Source: Balanoglossus misakiensis
Lineage: Eukaryota; Animalia; Hemichordata
Direction: 5' to 3'
NCBI GenBank assembly: GCA_040954595.2
Contig: CM082591.2
Span: forward strand, 7,554,047-7,618,046
DNA: 64,000 bases
Shown here: positions 11,201 to 22,284 of the stretch, piece after piece
How the letters are laid out: every line of letters starts with the position of its first letter
Numbering within the stretch: position 1 is the stretch's first letter
Position numbers and translations under genes: made by a program
The notes under the pieces: generated by a model
What the model was told of the DNA's origin: nothing
The model's database searches: none
The model's input: only the letters and a program-made list of their open reading frames with translations

Positions 11201-14200
11201 AAGAAATCGCCGAATTACAGAGCAAGAGAACGAACAATAGACAATAAGGTAAAGAGGAACAGATATAATTTTACTGGGCACTCTACCCAACGTTTTCCTC
11301 GACATAGTCAATTTAATTCCCGTGCATGTTTTAATTGTGGGCGTTACGATCATATAGCTAGAAATTGTTCAAAATATGTGTTCTCTGGAAAAGTTTCGAA
11401 GCCTAGTCGGAAATTTTATTTTGATGGATCGTCCGACAGGAGGTCATGTACAGGTATAAATGCACTCGGGAAAGAGGGTGCCTATAATGTTAAAGATGGT
11501 GTAAACTTTGTTAACAAAGATGGGTGTGCTTTTCATGAGAATGTTATTCCAATTTCAATATGTCATGAAAAAGTGACGTCATTAATTGATACTGGAGCAC
11601 ATATTACTGTAGCTCCTATTCGGTTGTTAGAGCTTATTCCCGCTCTAAAGAATTATCCGATGTTCAAGTCCAGATATAATTGTGTACATACAGCACACGA
11701 AGACAAATTGAAGGTAATTGGATTTATGAAAATACCTGCTTTTATTGGGAATAAGCGTGTATTACTGTATGTTAATTTAGTTGAGTCTCTTCAGCATAAT
11801 CTGATTTTGGGACTTGATTTTATGAAGCGTTATAGAGCTGTTATTGATTTCAAGGGTAATATTTTAAGATTACAGTCAGACGTACCGTTAAGAACAAATG
11901 TTGATGTTAACATTTCACCTGGAAGTGAAATGGTTATTCCAGTGAAAGTACCGTATAAATATCTTACTGGAGTTTTAGGTTGTATTTGTGATAAACGAAC
12001 ACGCTTAACCCCGGGTATTTTGGTAGCTAAGGGGTTGGCCTATTCGAATAAGAATTTTCTTCCCATGCGAGTTGTAAACACTTTGGATACTGTGGTCAAA
12101 ATTAAGAAAAACAGTGTTGTTGGAATGTTTTCGCCCTTGCCCCGTAATAGTGAAATAGTCCCACTCGATAATACTGCCGTTAATTGTGTCTCACCTCAAG
12201 GGCCCCGTACACAGAAAGAGACGGATTATTTGATGGGTCAATTGAAATTTAATGAATTAGAGATAACTAAGGCACAGCGTAAACAGCTTAGAGATGTTTT
12301 ACTGTACAATATGGAAGCTTTTGTTGATTCTAGTGGTCGTTTAGGCAACTGTGATGTAATCAAACATACAATACGATTACAAGAGGGTGCTGCCCCGTTC
12401 CGTCGCCCACCTTACCGAGTAACGCCTGAGAAAAGGCGTGAACTTGAGCGACAAGTTGATCAGCTGTTAGAACAAAATATTATCGAGCCGTCCACTTCAC
12501 CGTTTGCTAGTCCAGTAGTTTTAGTCAAAAAGCCTGATGGTTCGTGGCGTTTTTGCACAGATTTCCGTCATTTGAATAATATTACAGTGCCTGATTCGTT
12601 TCCCTTACCTAGAACTGACGAATCTCTTGAAATGTTAGGCAAGAATAAGCCTCAGTATTTTTCGACGCTTGATTTACAGTCAGGATTTTTTCAATTGGAA
12701 TTAGATGAAGAGAGCAGACCAAAAACAGCTTTTGTCACACATCAAGGGTTATATCAATACAGGAGACTTGCCCAGGGGTTGCGAAATAGTCCCAGTTGTT
12801 TTCAGCGTACTATGCAACACGTGTTACGCAATATTATGTGGCAATATGTGTTATGTTATATCGATGATATTATTATATTTAGCAGCTCTTTTGAGGAGCA
12901 TCTTCAACACATTGATACTGTCCTAACCAGGTTACGTCAAGCTGGATTGAAATTAAAGCCCAGCAAATGTCAATTTATGAGAAAGAGTGTTAAATTTTTG
13001 GGTCATATTATCAGTAAGGATGGAATTGCTATGATGGATACAACGTTTTATGGGTTTACAGAAGGAGTTGCGATTTTATTGTTTATATTAGTAGGTGGAT
13101 AGGTGTGCGAAGGTTTTATGTGCACATACTATTTTAAGTTTATATGTACTTTTATTCTGTAGTAATTTTTGGATTGTAATTTTATATATTTTTAAGACGA
13201 TCACTTCATAGACATGACTAGATTTTTTTTTCAAATATTTTACTTCAATTTTGTTATATATATTGTACTCTTACATTTCAAAATCATACGGTACATCTTA
13301 ATATATTCTTGGGGTGGAATTGAACGATTACCCTTGGTGTACTGCTCTTTAAGAGATTTGTGTCCAATGCGGGACGCATTGGTTTAAAAGGAGGGGAGTG
13401 TTACGATCTGTATAAAGGTCAAATACGATTTCAAGGGTTAATTAAGCCAGAGCTCGGGAATGTCAATGTTTGATAGTATTTGATTTTATGTATTTGAAGT
13501 AGATAGGGAGAGCGGGTGTTTAACTGACTGCTCTGATTCTCAATCATCACCGAACTGACTTTGTTATATAACACTTTATGTAAATTGGTACGTATAGAGT
13601 TGACTGATGCCCAATGAAATTGTAACACATTGTATTTGTGATATTTTACATTATTAACCACGCCTTGAGAAAAGTAATTATAAGAGAACTTTGTTTCCAA
13701 AGAACCACGCCTTGAGAAAAGTAATTATAAGAGAACTTTGTTTCCAAAGTTGAAAAAAAAAAAAGAAATAATCTAACGGGAGATGGGAGTACCTCAGGCT
13801 ACTGAGCTCGTTCCCTTCCTCATGTACTTTACTGGGCGTATTTGATGTACTATATAATTCCGGACAATAAATGAACGTGAATCAGATACGAGTCTCCGTG
13901 GATCACTGTTCTCGTCAGAGCCCGATACCTCATCGCTACAGATTCCCCGATGCATGAACAATCATGAGAAACCAGCCGTAATACTGGTTTGCATGGCTTA
14001 ATGACTACACCCCCTAGACCAGTATCCGGTCACTTTTATTAAAAACGATACTCGCGCTTCATCGGCAACTCCGATACTACAACAACGCCATGTATTTTTA
14101 GCACTGGAGGACTGACAATAGAAAAAAATACAAATCCGGGTCAAGTTGACAAAGGTCAAGGTAAAAGAGATTCCCAAACGATCGGTGTCGCTAGACTTGT

Positions 14201-17200
14201 ATGCGGTCACTTGGACCAGTACTCCGGTCACTTTGCATCAGTTGCACAAACACAGCTAGATTCAAATAGAATGCGTATTCTCGTAAAGTATTTGGCTCCT
14301 TATCGGTAGAATCATGAATATACGGACTTTCATTCAAAGGAAAAAGCTACGAAGTCAACCCCACTTCGGCCGGGAAGTCGGGACTTACTAGCCCACAGTG
14401 CAACGCCTTTTGTATGACGAGTCCACATGACCGGCTTAACGGTCTAAAGCATCCCTCCCGATGTACGCGAAAGGCGCGTAAATGTTTGCGCTAATTTTGA
14501 AATCTGATACAATAACTTGTTCATGATGACTCGACAAGTACTAGAACAGCAATTTTGGTGGAAAAGCTCAAAAATATTGACGACAGGCCGACTTTTAAAA
14601 TGCGGCTCTTGCGTAGCTACCGTAAAATGCGTAGTATGAAGGAAATGAACAATTGTATGCACCTCATGTTTTCGGGCGATTCCGCTGAAGTTCAACCCGT
14701 ACTACGTCGAAACTTCTACCGATTACTAATGAGTATACCCATCAAATACTGCGACTCTTGAATATCGCGTAGATATCGCGACTATCACTATATCGCGTCT
14801 TTTCCGCGAAGTGACCAGGTAATAGTACCGACCGGATACTGGTCTAGGGGTGTATTCCTTCCTTCCAAAAACATATCTGTGCAGTAAGCGCAGATGCCCT
14901 GTCCATGCTTCATGGTACGGTTTGGCGCACTTGTGTGTATATCGTCCACCCATGTTCCGATGTCCGACGCCTATCACCGCAAAGACTAACACAATTGACG
15001 CCAAAAGTCCCCATTTTGCGGTATCACTACCTGATGTGATTCCCGGAGAAATGTCTTCGTGCTTGGCTGGACCCATGGCCACGCCGTGATTCACGACAGC
15101 CTCAAACCTCAAAGCAACGGTGAAAATCCAATCGCAATGGTAAACTTGTTGCTTCGGGGTCAAAGAATCGATATGCCAGCGGGCAAGTTTTTTAGCCGAC
15201 AGAATTTCGTTTTACAGAGTGAGAAACATGGGGTATATAAAAAGACAAAGTACTTGTACACTACGAGCGTAATAGCTGCTTTCTGATTGGTCAAAAACTT
15301 GTCTGACCTCGAGGGCGCTTTCATTATTAAATATTAATGAGCACTTCCATATATAGGGATCGGGTAGTCTGGTTCCCTGCCCCAATCCCACCGCTGGCTG
15401 CGCTACGCTAAAGGGAAAGGGGTCAGGTACGGCCCGATTTCACACCCAGAAAGCTGGGTGTGAAATCATAAACCACGTGATCATAAACAAGATGGATGCC
15501 TCCAATGTCCGTACGCCAGTCAAGATTCATCCAGGCAGTTTATTTTGTTTCGTTTGTTGTAAAGTTGGAAATCGAATGATAAACATTATTGGGGGTGAAG
15601 GAGAGAACGGGAAATGAGTATCTTACAACAACTTATACTTAAGTAGAAATAGTGCTCGTATTTATTGACCAATGAGAGCCATGTTTACAATAGGCCGTGC
15701 CTGACCCTTTCCCTTTAGCGTAGCGCAGCCAGCGGTGGGATTGGGGCAGGGGACCAGACTAGGGATCGGGGAGAGTGCATTGCGTCTCCCTGAAAAGCCA
15801 AATGTCATTGGCGGCGCCCTCTGGAGCCGGGGAGGCAAGGCTGAGCAAAGTTTAAGGAGTCGGACTATTTATAAACATTACGTCATCACGGCGCGATCGT
15901 CTACCTCTACACATGCTACACGCACACTTGCGCGCGCGTACGCGCAGTTGCTGCTAGCTGACTGACCGAATACTCTGAACACTGCACTGAACAGGATAAA
16001 AGTATGATTGGGTTATCAACGGATTCAAACGGAGCGGTCGAGTTTTCCAATACATATATACTAGTAATAGGAAGCCAAGGCCGTCCTTCTATTTTTTCAC
16101 TCAATACTTCTCTGGCAGGGCTGTATTGTACCGTGGCCGAAATCGACACACTGTGTAGGTTTCAAACCTACACTGTCCCTTTGCTACAAAATGCGCGCGT
16201 ACGGTGTAGGTTTCAAACCTACACTGCCCTTTGCTACAAAATGCGCGCGTACGGTGTAGGTTTCAAACCTACACTGTCCCTTTGGTGAAACTTTTACATT
16301 TTACATAAACCATAACAAACTATATATTTTCAGAAAGGTCTCGGCGAGTTCTATAACATACTAAAATTTGACCAACTTTGAACTTGACCTTGAAAAGTTA
16401 TTGCGGAAAAACCTATTGAAAAAAACATACTTTTTAGGGTACGCGGTGTCACCCCCTTAATATAGTTGGAAACCACTGAAAATTACAGGATAGATTGATA
16501 ATAAGTTGTTTTAATGTGGTGTGGTGAAAAAATTTTGAAATTCGAAGGTCAAGGACAACTTCGCCATTGCTTATAGTTGTTGGTTTACCTATGTCGGATT
16601 TCATTATCCTTTGACCTTTGACCTCGAAATTTGGTACACAAGTAGAGTGTCTATCTATAAACTCTTGACAAAAGTTACAATTAAATATTTTAACATAAAA
16701 GCACTTTTTTGACCAAAAAGCAAACTTCTGTAAATTAGCTGTAAATTAGCTTTTTTTTAATATACACTTTGCTTTTTTAAGATTATTTTTTTATTTTAAG
16801 CATTTCAGAGATGAAACTTTCCAGAAACCATCATGAGATGTTCTAGAATATAAAAAAATTTACACTTTTGAGATTGGACGCCATTAAGTATTCCAAATGT
16901 TGTTGCAAAATAGACTGAAATAATGCCCATAGACTTAACATGTATAAAAACAAAAGAATACTTTTTTTGGACACTTGGACATTAGAGACCCTATCCTAAA
17001 ATTTAAAATAAAGGAGCTTAAGAGCTGATTTTTCCAGGAATGATAGACATTTAAATTCTCTATTCTGGGGTACCTTAATATCTAAGAAATGTAGACAAGA
17101 AGTTATAAAAATATAATTATGAAACAAAATGTTTGTGCCCCATAGGCTTTACACTGTAGAAAACAGGGTGTCATAGGTAAAAAATTAGGGAAGTAAGAAA

Positions 17201-19439
17201 ACATGTCATTTAAAGCTTGTAATTTTCATAGACTGTTAAGAACATGTTGGGATACTACCTACATTTTTTTAAAGTTGTTACATGTACAGCAATGCCAGTA
17301 ACTATGGATACAAACTAGGTAATTCATAAACCTCATATAGAAATTTTCGCTATATTGCTGCCTTATTTTTGGCACACCTGTTTATTTATTATTAAAGATT
17401 TAACATCGGGTCTTCAATATGTTTTAGAGTAATAGTTGGAGATCTCAAAACAGTTTACACTTTAAAGATAGACCCACTCCAAGTGTTACAGTAGTGTTGC
17501 AAACATTGGCTAAAACTTACATATTTTCTGTGTGAAATTTATGAATTACCTAGTTTGTATCAATAGTTTATGGCATTACAGCACAGGTAACAACTTAAAA
17601 ATAATGTAGGTAGTATCCCAACATGTTCTTAACAGTCTCTGAAAATTACAATCTTTAAACAACATGTTTTCATACTTTACTAATTTTTTACCTATGACAC
17701 CCTGTTTTCTACAGTGTTAATCCTATGGGGCACAAACATATTGTTTCATAATTATATTTTTTATAACTTCCTGTTTGAATTTGAAAAACAACATTTCCCC
17801 TACAGCATAGAGAATTAAACGGTTTATCTATTCTGAAAAAATTAGAACTTAAGCTTCTTTTGAAAAGATTTTACAGCAATTTCTAAACTTCAGTGATTCA
17901 CCCTATACTTTAACATGCATGTAGACATAAGATCCACTGTAACAGCACTTTACTTTTGGCACACCTGTTTATTTATTATTAAAGATTTAACATCGGGTCT
18001 TCAATATGTTTTAGAGTAATAGTTGGAGATCTCAAAACAGCTTACACTTTAAAGATAGACCCACTCCAAGTGTTACAGTAGTGTTGCAAACATTACCTAG
18101 AAACAGTGATTCACCCTATACTTTAACATGCATGTAAACAAAGAATCATTGTATCACCAGATCGCCAGGGATTTCGTGCGAGTGCTCCTTTAATTTCAGC
18201 ATTTTTAGCGAAAGCTTATTACCGTTAGATAGCCTATATTCTAAGGTATTGAACCATGTATAACATGTGTAGAAATGTGCGAGGAAATTCGTAGAATACA
18301 ACATGTTCGCCAGTTTGGCATGAACCGGAAGTCATATCGTAATTGCACAATTTTACGAGATCGGCAGCGATTTCGGGCGAGCGCTCGTTTAATTTCTGCT
18401 TTTCGAGAAAACAATTATAGCGGTTAGAGACCCAATAATCTTAGCTCTTGAACGATGTATAACATGTGTATATATGTGCGAGATTATTCGTAGAACGAGA
18501 GCAAAATCGCATAGAGGAGGTGTGAAAAAAACAATTTTTAAAAAAGGTCATTTTCAACAAATTATATGTTTTGTTTGATAGCCTATAAAAAAATAAGTTG
18601 AGTGTGGTTGAGTATGATTTTTTAATGGTTGTAAAAGGAGAAGATTTGCTCTCTAAAACTGTTTTCAGAATGAAAATCGGACATCATTAAGCAGTCAAAA
18701 AAAATTATTGAAAAAGTATGGGCATTGTGAGACTTGATGTTGGGCATACGGGGACTTGAAGTTGGGCATTCGGGGACTTGAAGTTGGGCATTAGGGGACT
18801 TGAAGTTGGGCATTAGGGGACTCAGGTCCCTCAATGCCCAACTTCAAGTCCTAACCCTGGACACTACTTGAAACCCAGGGGGAAACCTACACTTGCTTTT
18901 TTCGTTTCACCAAAGGGACAGTGTAGGTTTGAAACCTACACCGTACGCGCGCATTTTGTAGCAAAGGGCAGTGTAGGTTTGAAACCTACACCGTACGCGC
19001 GCATTTTGTAGCAAAGGGCAGTGTAGGTTTGAAACCTACACCGTACGCGCGCATTTTGTAGCAAAGGGACAGTGTAGGTTTGAAACCTACACCGTGTGTC
19101 GATTTCGGCCACGGTAGTATTGTTACAACAGCCCTGCCACGAAGAGCTAAAGCAATAGCTGCAGTTTAGCCCTGCGTACAGGTGATTGATCTCGGTGCTA
19201 CACGTACACGGTCTCTATAGCTCAGATTTACCTGTTGGGTTGTTGTGTGTTAGACGGAAAAACAAGACAAATCAACAGGCAAAACCCCGAAACTACTGAA
19301 CTGCAGCTAATCTTGGCACTCATCCGTCGTAAATCTAAGTTGACATACCTTTCACAAGTGTCGCCACGGGTTCTGAATGTTCTCTCTCAATTGACCTAAA
19401 AACGTTGGTCAAAGACGGTTTCTCGTCGGCTACGGCCAT
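5266..19439 (-). CDS. Carotenoid cleavage oxygenase (BCO1/BCO2/RPE65/NinaB family), ~518 aa
   Basis: Exons 19349..19439, 8861..9261, 8490..8631, 7726..8183, 7165..7273, 6802..6887, 6229..6340 and 5266..5423 sum to 1557 nt in one open frame. Family motifs: [17 protein letters not shown], [19 protein letters not shown]. The four iron-ligand His lie in SHPH, YYHSF, FHHIN and GMHG. The donor after exon 5 (gtgttt) is weak. Confidence 0.93.
5573..5665. mobile_element. piggyBac-like ~85-bp MITE (family A); other copies near 6385-6477, 37173-37261, 38158-38249, 39889-39980, 43940-44033, 55183-55276, 56181-56270, 56368-56454
   Basis: TTAA|CCCTTTCACC ... GGTGAAAGGG|TTAA. A TTAA TSD with CCC/GGG termini is typical of piggyBac. 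At least nine copies share the core aggtccaactttaccatagaaaacaatggg. Confidence 0.8.
5970..6177. mobile_element. Tc1/mariner-like MITE (family B); other copies 37505-37710, 44512-44729, partial ~42485-42605
   Basis: TA|CTGTAAAACACTT ... AAGTGTTTTACAG|TA; about 205 bp; several near-identical copies. Confidence 0.8.
9851..10436 (+). repeat. 5' LTR (586 bp) with an internal ~46-bp tandem duplication
   Basis: Direct repeat of 13399..13983 with termini TGTTAC...GTAATA. accacgccttgagaaaagtaattataagagaactttgtttccaaag occurs twice. Confidence 0.95.
10439..10455 (+). promoter_or_regulatory. Primer binding site, probably for tRNA-Ala
   Basis: TGGTGGAGATACGTGGG lies 2 nt after the 5' LTR and is complementary to the ...ATCTCCACCA 3' end typical of eukaryotic tRNA-Ala. 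Confidence 0.7.
10451..13102 (+). CDS. Gag-protease-reverse transcriptase polyprotein, truncated after RT (first ATG at 10514)
   Basis: Retrotransposon gag region, CCHC knuckle [14 protein letters not shown] and aspartic protease LIDTGA. RT motifs include [33 protein letters not shown] and FLGHIIS. The ORF stops about 20 aa after the end of RT. Confidence 0.95.
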   Translation: MGRRNKSIGDRNGDVQRKDYSMDREMLNDMNSQISEIRQVTLRAGGQVGPGFFSGTETENAHRWWKRYIDFADFKQWSHEKRLKGIGLYLTGKAERWFYRLSAEKKNDLTTLQNVFLACFDKCGPMWLYDEKLFRLKQLPDQTVEQYAELICEKAEKAKKTDEEILSFFMNGLRPDILKFVAGMSPEDFETAYKHARTAEVVAGLPETDEPEAGLLQQISTRTDEMKQEDQEVKTKSSAADHRGRSTKREKKSPNYRARERTIDNKVKRNRYNFTGHSTQRFPRHSQFNSRACFNCGRYDHIARNCSKYVFSGKVSKPSRKFYFDGSSDRRSCTGINALGKEGAYNVKDGVNFVNKDGCAFHENVIPISICHEKVTSLIDTGAHITVAPIRLLELIPALKNYPMFKSRYNCVHTAHEDKLKVIGFMKIPAFIGNKRVLLYVNLVESLQHNLILGLDFMKRYRAVIDFKGNILRLQSDVPLRTNVDVNISPGSEMVIPVKVPYKYLTGVLGCICDKRTRLTPGILVAKGLAYSNKNFLPMRVVNTLDTVVKIKKNSVVGMFSPLPRNSEIVPLDNTAVNCVSPQGPRTQKETDYLMGQLKFNELEITKAQRKQLRDVLLYNMEAFVDSSGRLGNCDVIKHTIRLQEGAAPFRRPPYRVTPEKRRELERQVDQLLEQNIIEPSTSPFASPVVLVKKPDGSWRFCTDFRHLNNITVPDSFPLPRTDESLEMLGKNKPQYFSTLDLQSGFFQLELDEESRPKTAFVTHQGLYQYRRLAQGLRNSPSCFQRTMQHVLRNIMWQYVLCYIDDIIIFSSSFEEHLQHIDTVLTRLRQAGLKLKPSKCQFMRKSVKFLGHIISKDGIAMMDTTFYGFTEGVAILLFILVGG
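13399..13983 (+). repeat. 3' LTR (585 bp)
   Basis: Direct repeat of 9851..10436, preceded by the polypurine tract. Confidence 0.95.
14008..14852. mobile_element. Non-autonomous TIR element flanked by TA, nested in the Transib-like element
   Basis: TA|CACCCC(C)TAGACCAGTATCCGGTC ... GACCGGATACTGGTCTAGGGGTG|TA; no recognisable transposase. Confidence 0.7.
15365..15761. mobile_element. MITE with ~60-bp GC-rich TIRs and 9-bp TSD (Mutator-like); shorter copies at ~54106-54239 and ~59669-59763
   Basis: TAGTCTGGTTCCCTGCCCCAATCCCACCGCTGGCTGCGCTACGCTAAAGGG ... reverse complement. TSD GGGATCGGG on both sides. The copy at 54106 is flanked by cagaatgcc / caaaatgcc. Confidence 0.85.
16129..19116. mobile_element. 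Unclassified ~3.0 kb non-autonomous foldback DNA transposon with 6-bp TSD and modular TIRs
   Basis: Termini TACCGTGGCCGAAATCGACACAC / GTGTGTCGATTTCGGCCACGGTA with TSD GTATTG. The TIRs contain 50-51 bp tandem units. Interior: inverted repeat ~17100-17335 vs ~17535-17770, direct repeat ~17367-17505 vs ~17955-18093, and 21-bp tandem units at ~18720-18850. Confidence 0.85.
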
Positions 19440-21414
19440 TTTCGAGTGTCCGCCGTCCTCGGTCCGTTGCAAACGTTTGTGAGACCGCTGACCTCGCGAA
19501 TGGAGTGATTATGTACGTGGTATGTCATGGACAACCACAGACATCAGTCGCATCAGTCTAGACAAAAAGATAGGGTAGTTGCACAGAACGGCCGACGGCC
19601 AGGGTCACCGCGGCCGCTTTCGAAGGTACGTCCACTCGGCACAATGCCAGCGGTTGACAGAGTTGACTTTTCAAGCTTTTCGATCGGTCCCTGAGCCCCG
19701 GCCCAGCTTGGGTATTTTAGGTGGTTTGACGGTGCAGTGACGGTCAAACTGCATGTACTTTGATGAAACATGGTACAATTTTGTAACTTTTGTCGTATTT
19801 TTGTTCATTTTGGTGTATTTTACGGTAAAATTGAATTATTTTTTTGTATTTCATTTTGGAGGGCCCTGGGGAAGAGATAAACTTTTGTTTGAGTTAACTA
19901 GGTTACCCTCATTTATAAGGTCAAATAAAATACATCGTCCGCTCGCAGGGGTCTTTGACTCGACCACAGTCCCCCTATCTTTCGGCGCACGCGAGCGAAG
20001 ACGAATAAAGTAAACAAAATTAATGCGGGAATTTATCAATGATCAATCACGTATCATGCGAGGACATTCATTTCGTAGCTGGTAATCAGATTGCAGTGTT
20101 ATCTGCCAATAAAGGTGAAATTTATATCTGTTTTATAATCTGCTCAATTTATTTTGGCTCATCTCACCATAAACCTGATTTCAAACAAGCGGATTCTTAG
20201 ATTTATTAAACATTATCCTCAAAAATACAATATTGCATATCTTGTCATAATTTTTACACATTTAAAAAGAAAACATCCCTGTACATGTATAACCATAATC
20301 AAAATTTAACAAAAGGTGAGTTTCACAGGAAATGATATTTTGAACAAGAAGGAAGACAACATTGGCAAGACATTAATAAAAAAAACACGAAAACCCTGAA
20401 AACATAGCATCAAGGACACTGCATGTGGTCCCATCTGGGGATTACACTGGAATAAGAATTACATGTACAGGGGACATTGGCAACAAATATCAGTGACCTA
20501 ATTTCAAATTCCAAAGCAATCTGACAAGCAGTTTCTGAAAAAAAAATATTGTTCAACAATGGCTAAATTACAAGGGCTCTGTGCTCTCAAGAAAGTAGGT
20601 TATCAGGTTAGCACTGGAAAGTAGGTTATCAGAGTTATGGAGTGTTTTCAGTGATAATTGTAGAAAAATAAGGTTATTTTCTTTATACAGCGCCCTCAGT
20701 GTCGAAAGCCACTATACCTCAACCAACTTGCATGGGAGCCCAGCCAAAAAGACTCCCCCAAATGCAAATATCACCAAAATTGTACAATATCTTACTTCAA
20801 TCACCACTAGAAACAGACATGTACCAACCAAATTTAAAAGCAATCTGACAAGCGGGTTTCAGAGAAAAGGATTGTTGACCAAAAATGTCAAAGATTGCAT
20901 AAAATTACAAATATGCAATGTTCTACAGCCCGGCCTGTATCTATGTGCAGCAGTTTTCAAGTTTTGATGTAGACAGACATACATACATACATACATACAT
21001 ACAGACAGACAGACGCTGCCGATCTCATAAGGTCCCAATGGTAGATGTATATATGTACATATACCAGGTGGGACCTAAAAAACCCCAGAAAATTCACTCA
21101 AAATTGATACCAGACATGGCTATCCTACCCACCACCCGAAAATGTTGTCTGAAAAGCAGTTTGGAAAGAAATCAATTTCTAGCTAAAATATTCTAAAATG
21201 TACAAAATTGCACCAATCCTCACATTTCTCACAAATATACACACTGATTCACAGTAATTCTTGAAGCTATTTGGCAAACCGTTTTGCAGGAAGAAAATTT
21301 TGATCGCTCATATTTAAAACCCTTAAATGTAAAAATCTGCAGACATCATTACAATGTTAGAAAAATTTACTTGCATCAAACCTAAAGGGACCTGCACGGA
21401 CAATATTAAAACTA

Positions 21415-21576
21415 CAGTCAAACCTGTGTTAGTGGCCACCCCAATATAGTGGCCACTTTGTTACAGTCCCTGTGCAATTTACATGTGCATTAATTAACCT
21501 CTATTTTAAGACCACCTGTCTATAAAGGCCAGTTTAGGAAAGTCTCTTGACTGGCCACTATAGACAGGTTCGACTG
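21415..21576. mobile_element. Tc1/mariner(pogo)-like MITE (family D); related copies 47620-47798, 34785-34940, 55814-55990, degraded ~32488-32645
   Basis: TA|CAGTCAAACCTGT ... ACAGGTTTGACTG|TA (or the CAGTGAAACC variant), with internal (g)accacctctat repeats. Confidence 0.75.
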
Positions 21577-22284
21577 CATCTGATTAAGCGCAACACTTTA
21601 CACTGCCAAATTTAGTATTATCAATGTCACTCTTTTGACCTTTCAAGAATACATTGTACACAGAATACTTGCATTTAATAGTCTCTCTATGTACAAAATA
21701 ATAATCCCCAATTTGAAAGTGTCAAAAAATTACCCCTTTGCTGTATGTAAAGAGGTAATTTTGTTTGTGACCTTTAGACAAAATGCCTACTTCAACGCCA
21801 TCTTGGTTTCAACAAACAAACAAAAAACATTGTCACAGAGTAAATGCTCATACCCTTATCTATTTGAATGTCCCTGCCAATAGGAGATCTCATTACAATG
21901 GTCTAAAACCTTATGTTATTGAGTCCAGTTAATTATCTCACTTGATGAAAGCCAAATTCGTTTTTCATGCATCCAATTCAAGATTGCATTGCAATAGGTT
22001 AATGGTGACCACACTCACAAAAAGTAAACTGTAATACATTGAACATATCACACCTGGTCAAGACTGATTATGTCAACCCTAATTCCCTGGCTGATGAGAA
22101 TATTTGTGTTGGCCAAAAAAGCTGAGATGCAAGTTTGTGGGGCAGTCATTTCCAAGATTTTCACCAGTATTTGCACCACCAGTAATTTTTTCTGTGGGTT
22201 GGTTGTTGTTTTTTCTGACTTCAAGCTCTTCTCTACAATGGCTGCTTTGGGTGTTGAATCTGCATACATTAACATATAGTGGCA

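Larger units (their letters stand above)
9851..13983 (+). mobile_element. Ty3/Gypsy LTR retrotransposon, internally deleted (no RNase H or integrase), recent insertion
   Basis: LTRs 9851..10436 and 13399..13983 appear identical except for one A in a poly-A run. TSD CTGG at 9847-9850 and 13984-13987. PBS TGGTGGAGAT at 10439. PPT aaaaggaggggag immediately before the 3' LTR. Confidence 0.96.
9357..15777. mobile_element. Non-autonomous DNA transposon with CAC...GTG termini and 5-bp TSD (Transib-like); host of three nested insertions
   Basis: The left TIR cactctccccgatccctatatatggaagtgctcattaatatt starts at 9357. The right TIR is its exact reverse complement once the MITE at 15365-15761 and one TSD copy are removed. 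TSD CATTG at 9352-9356 and 15778-15782. Confidence 0.8.

Noticed and set aside
14444-15286. Short ORFs inside the Transib-like element as a possible transposase or RAG remnant
   Set aside because: No DDE, zinc-finger or RAG1/2-like motifs are recognisable. The frames are short and cross nested-element boundaries.
20400-21080. Possible second Helentron-type element with (ACAT/ACAG)n near its end
   Set aside because: Too degraded to define termini with confidence.
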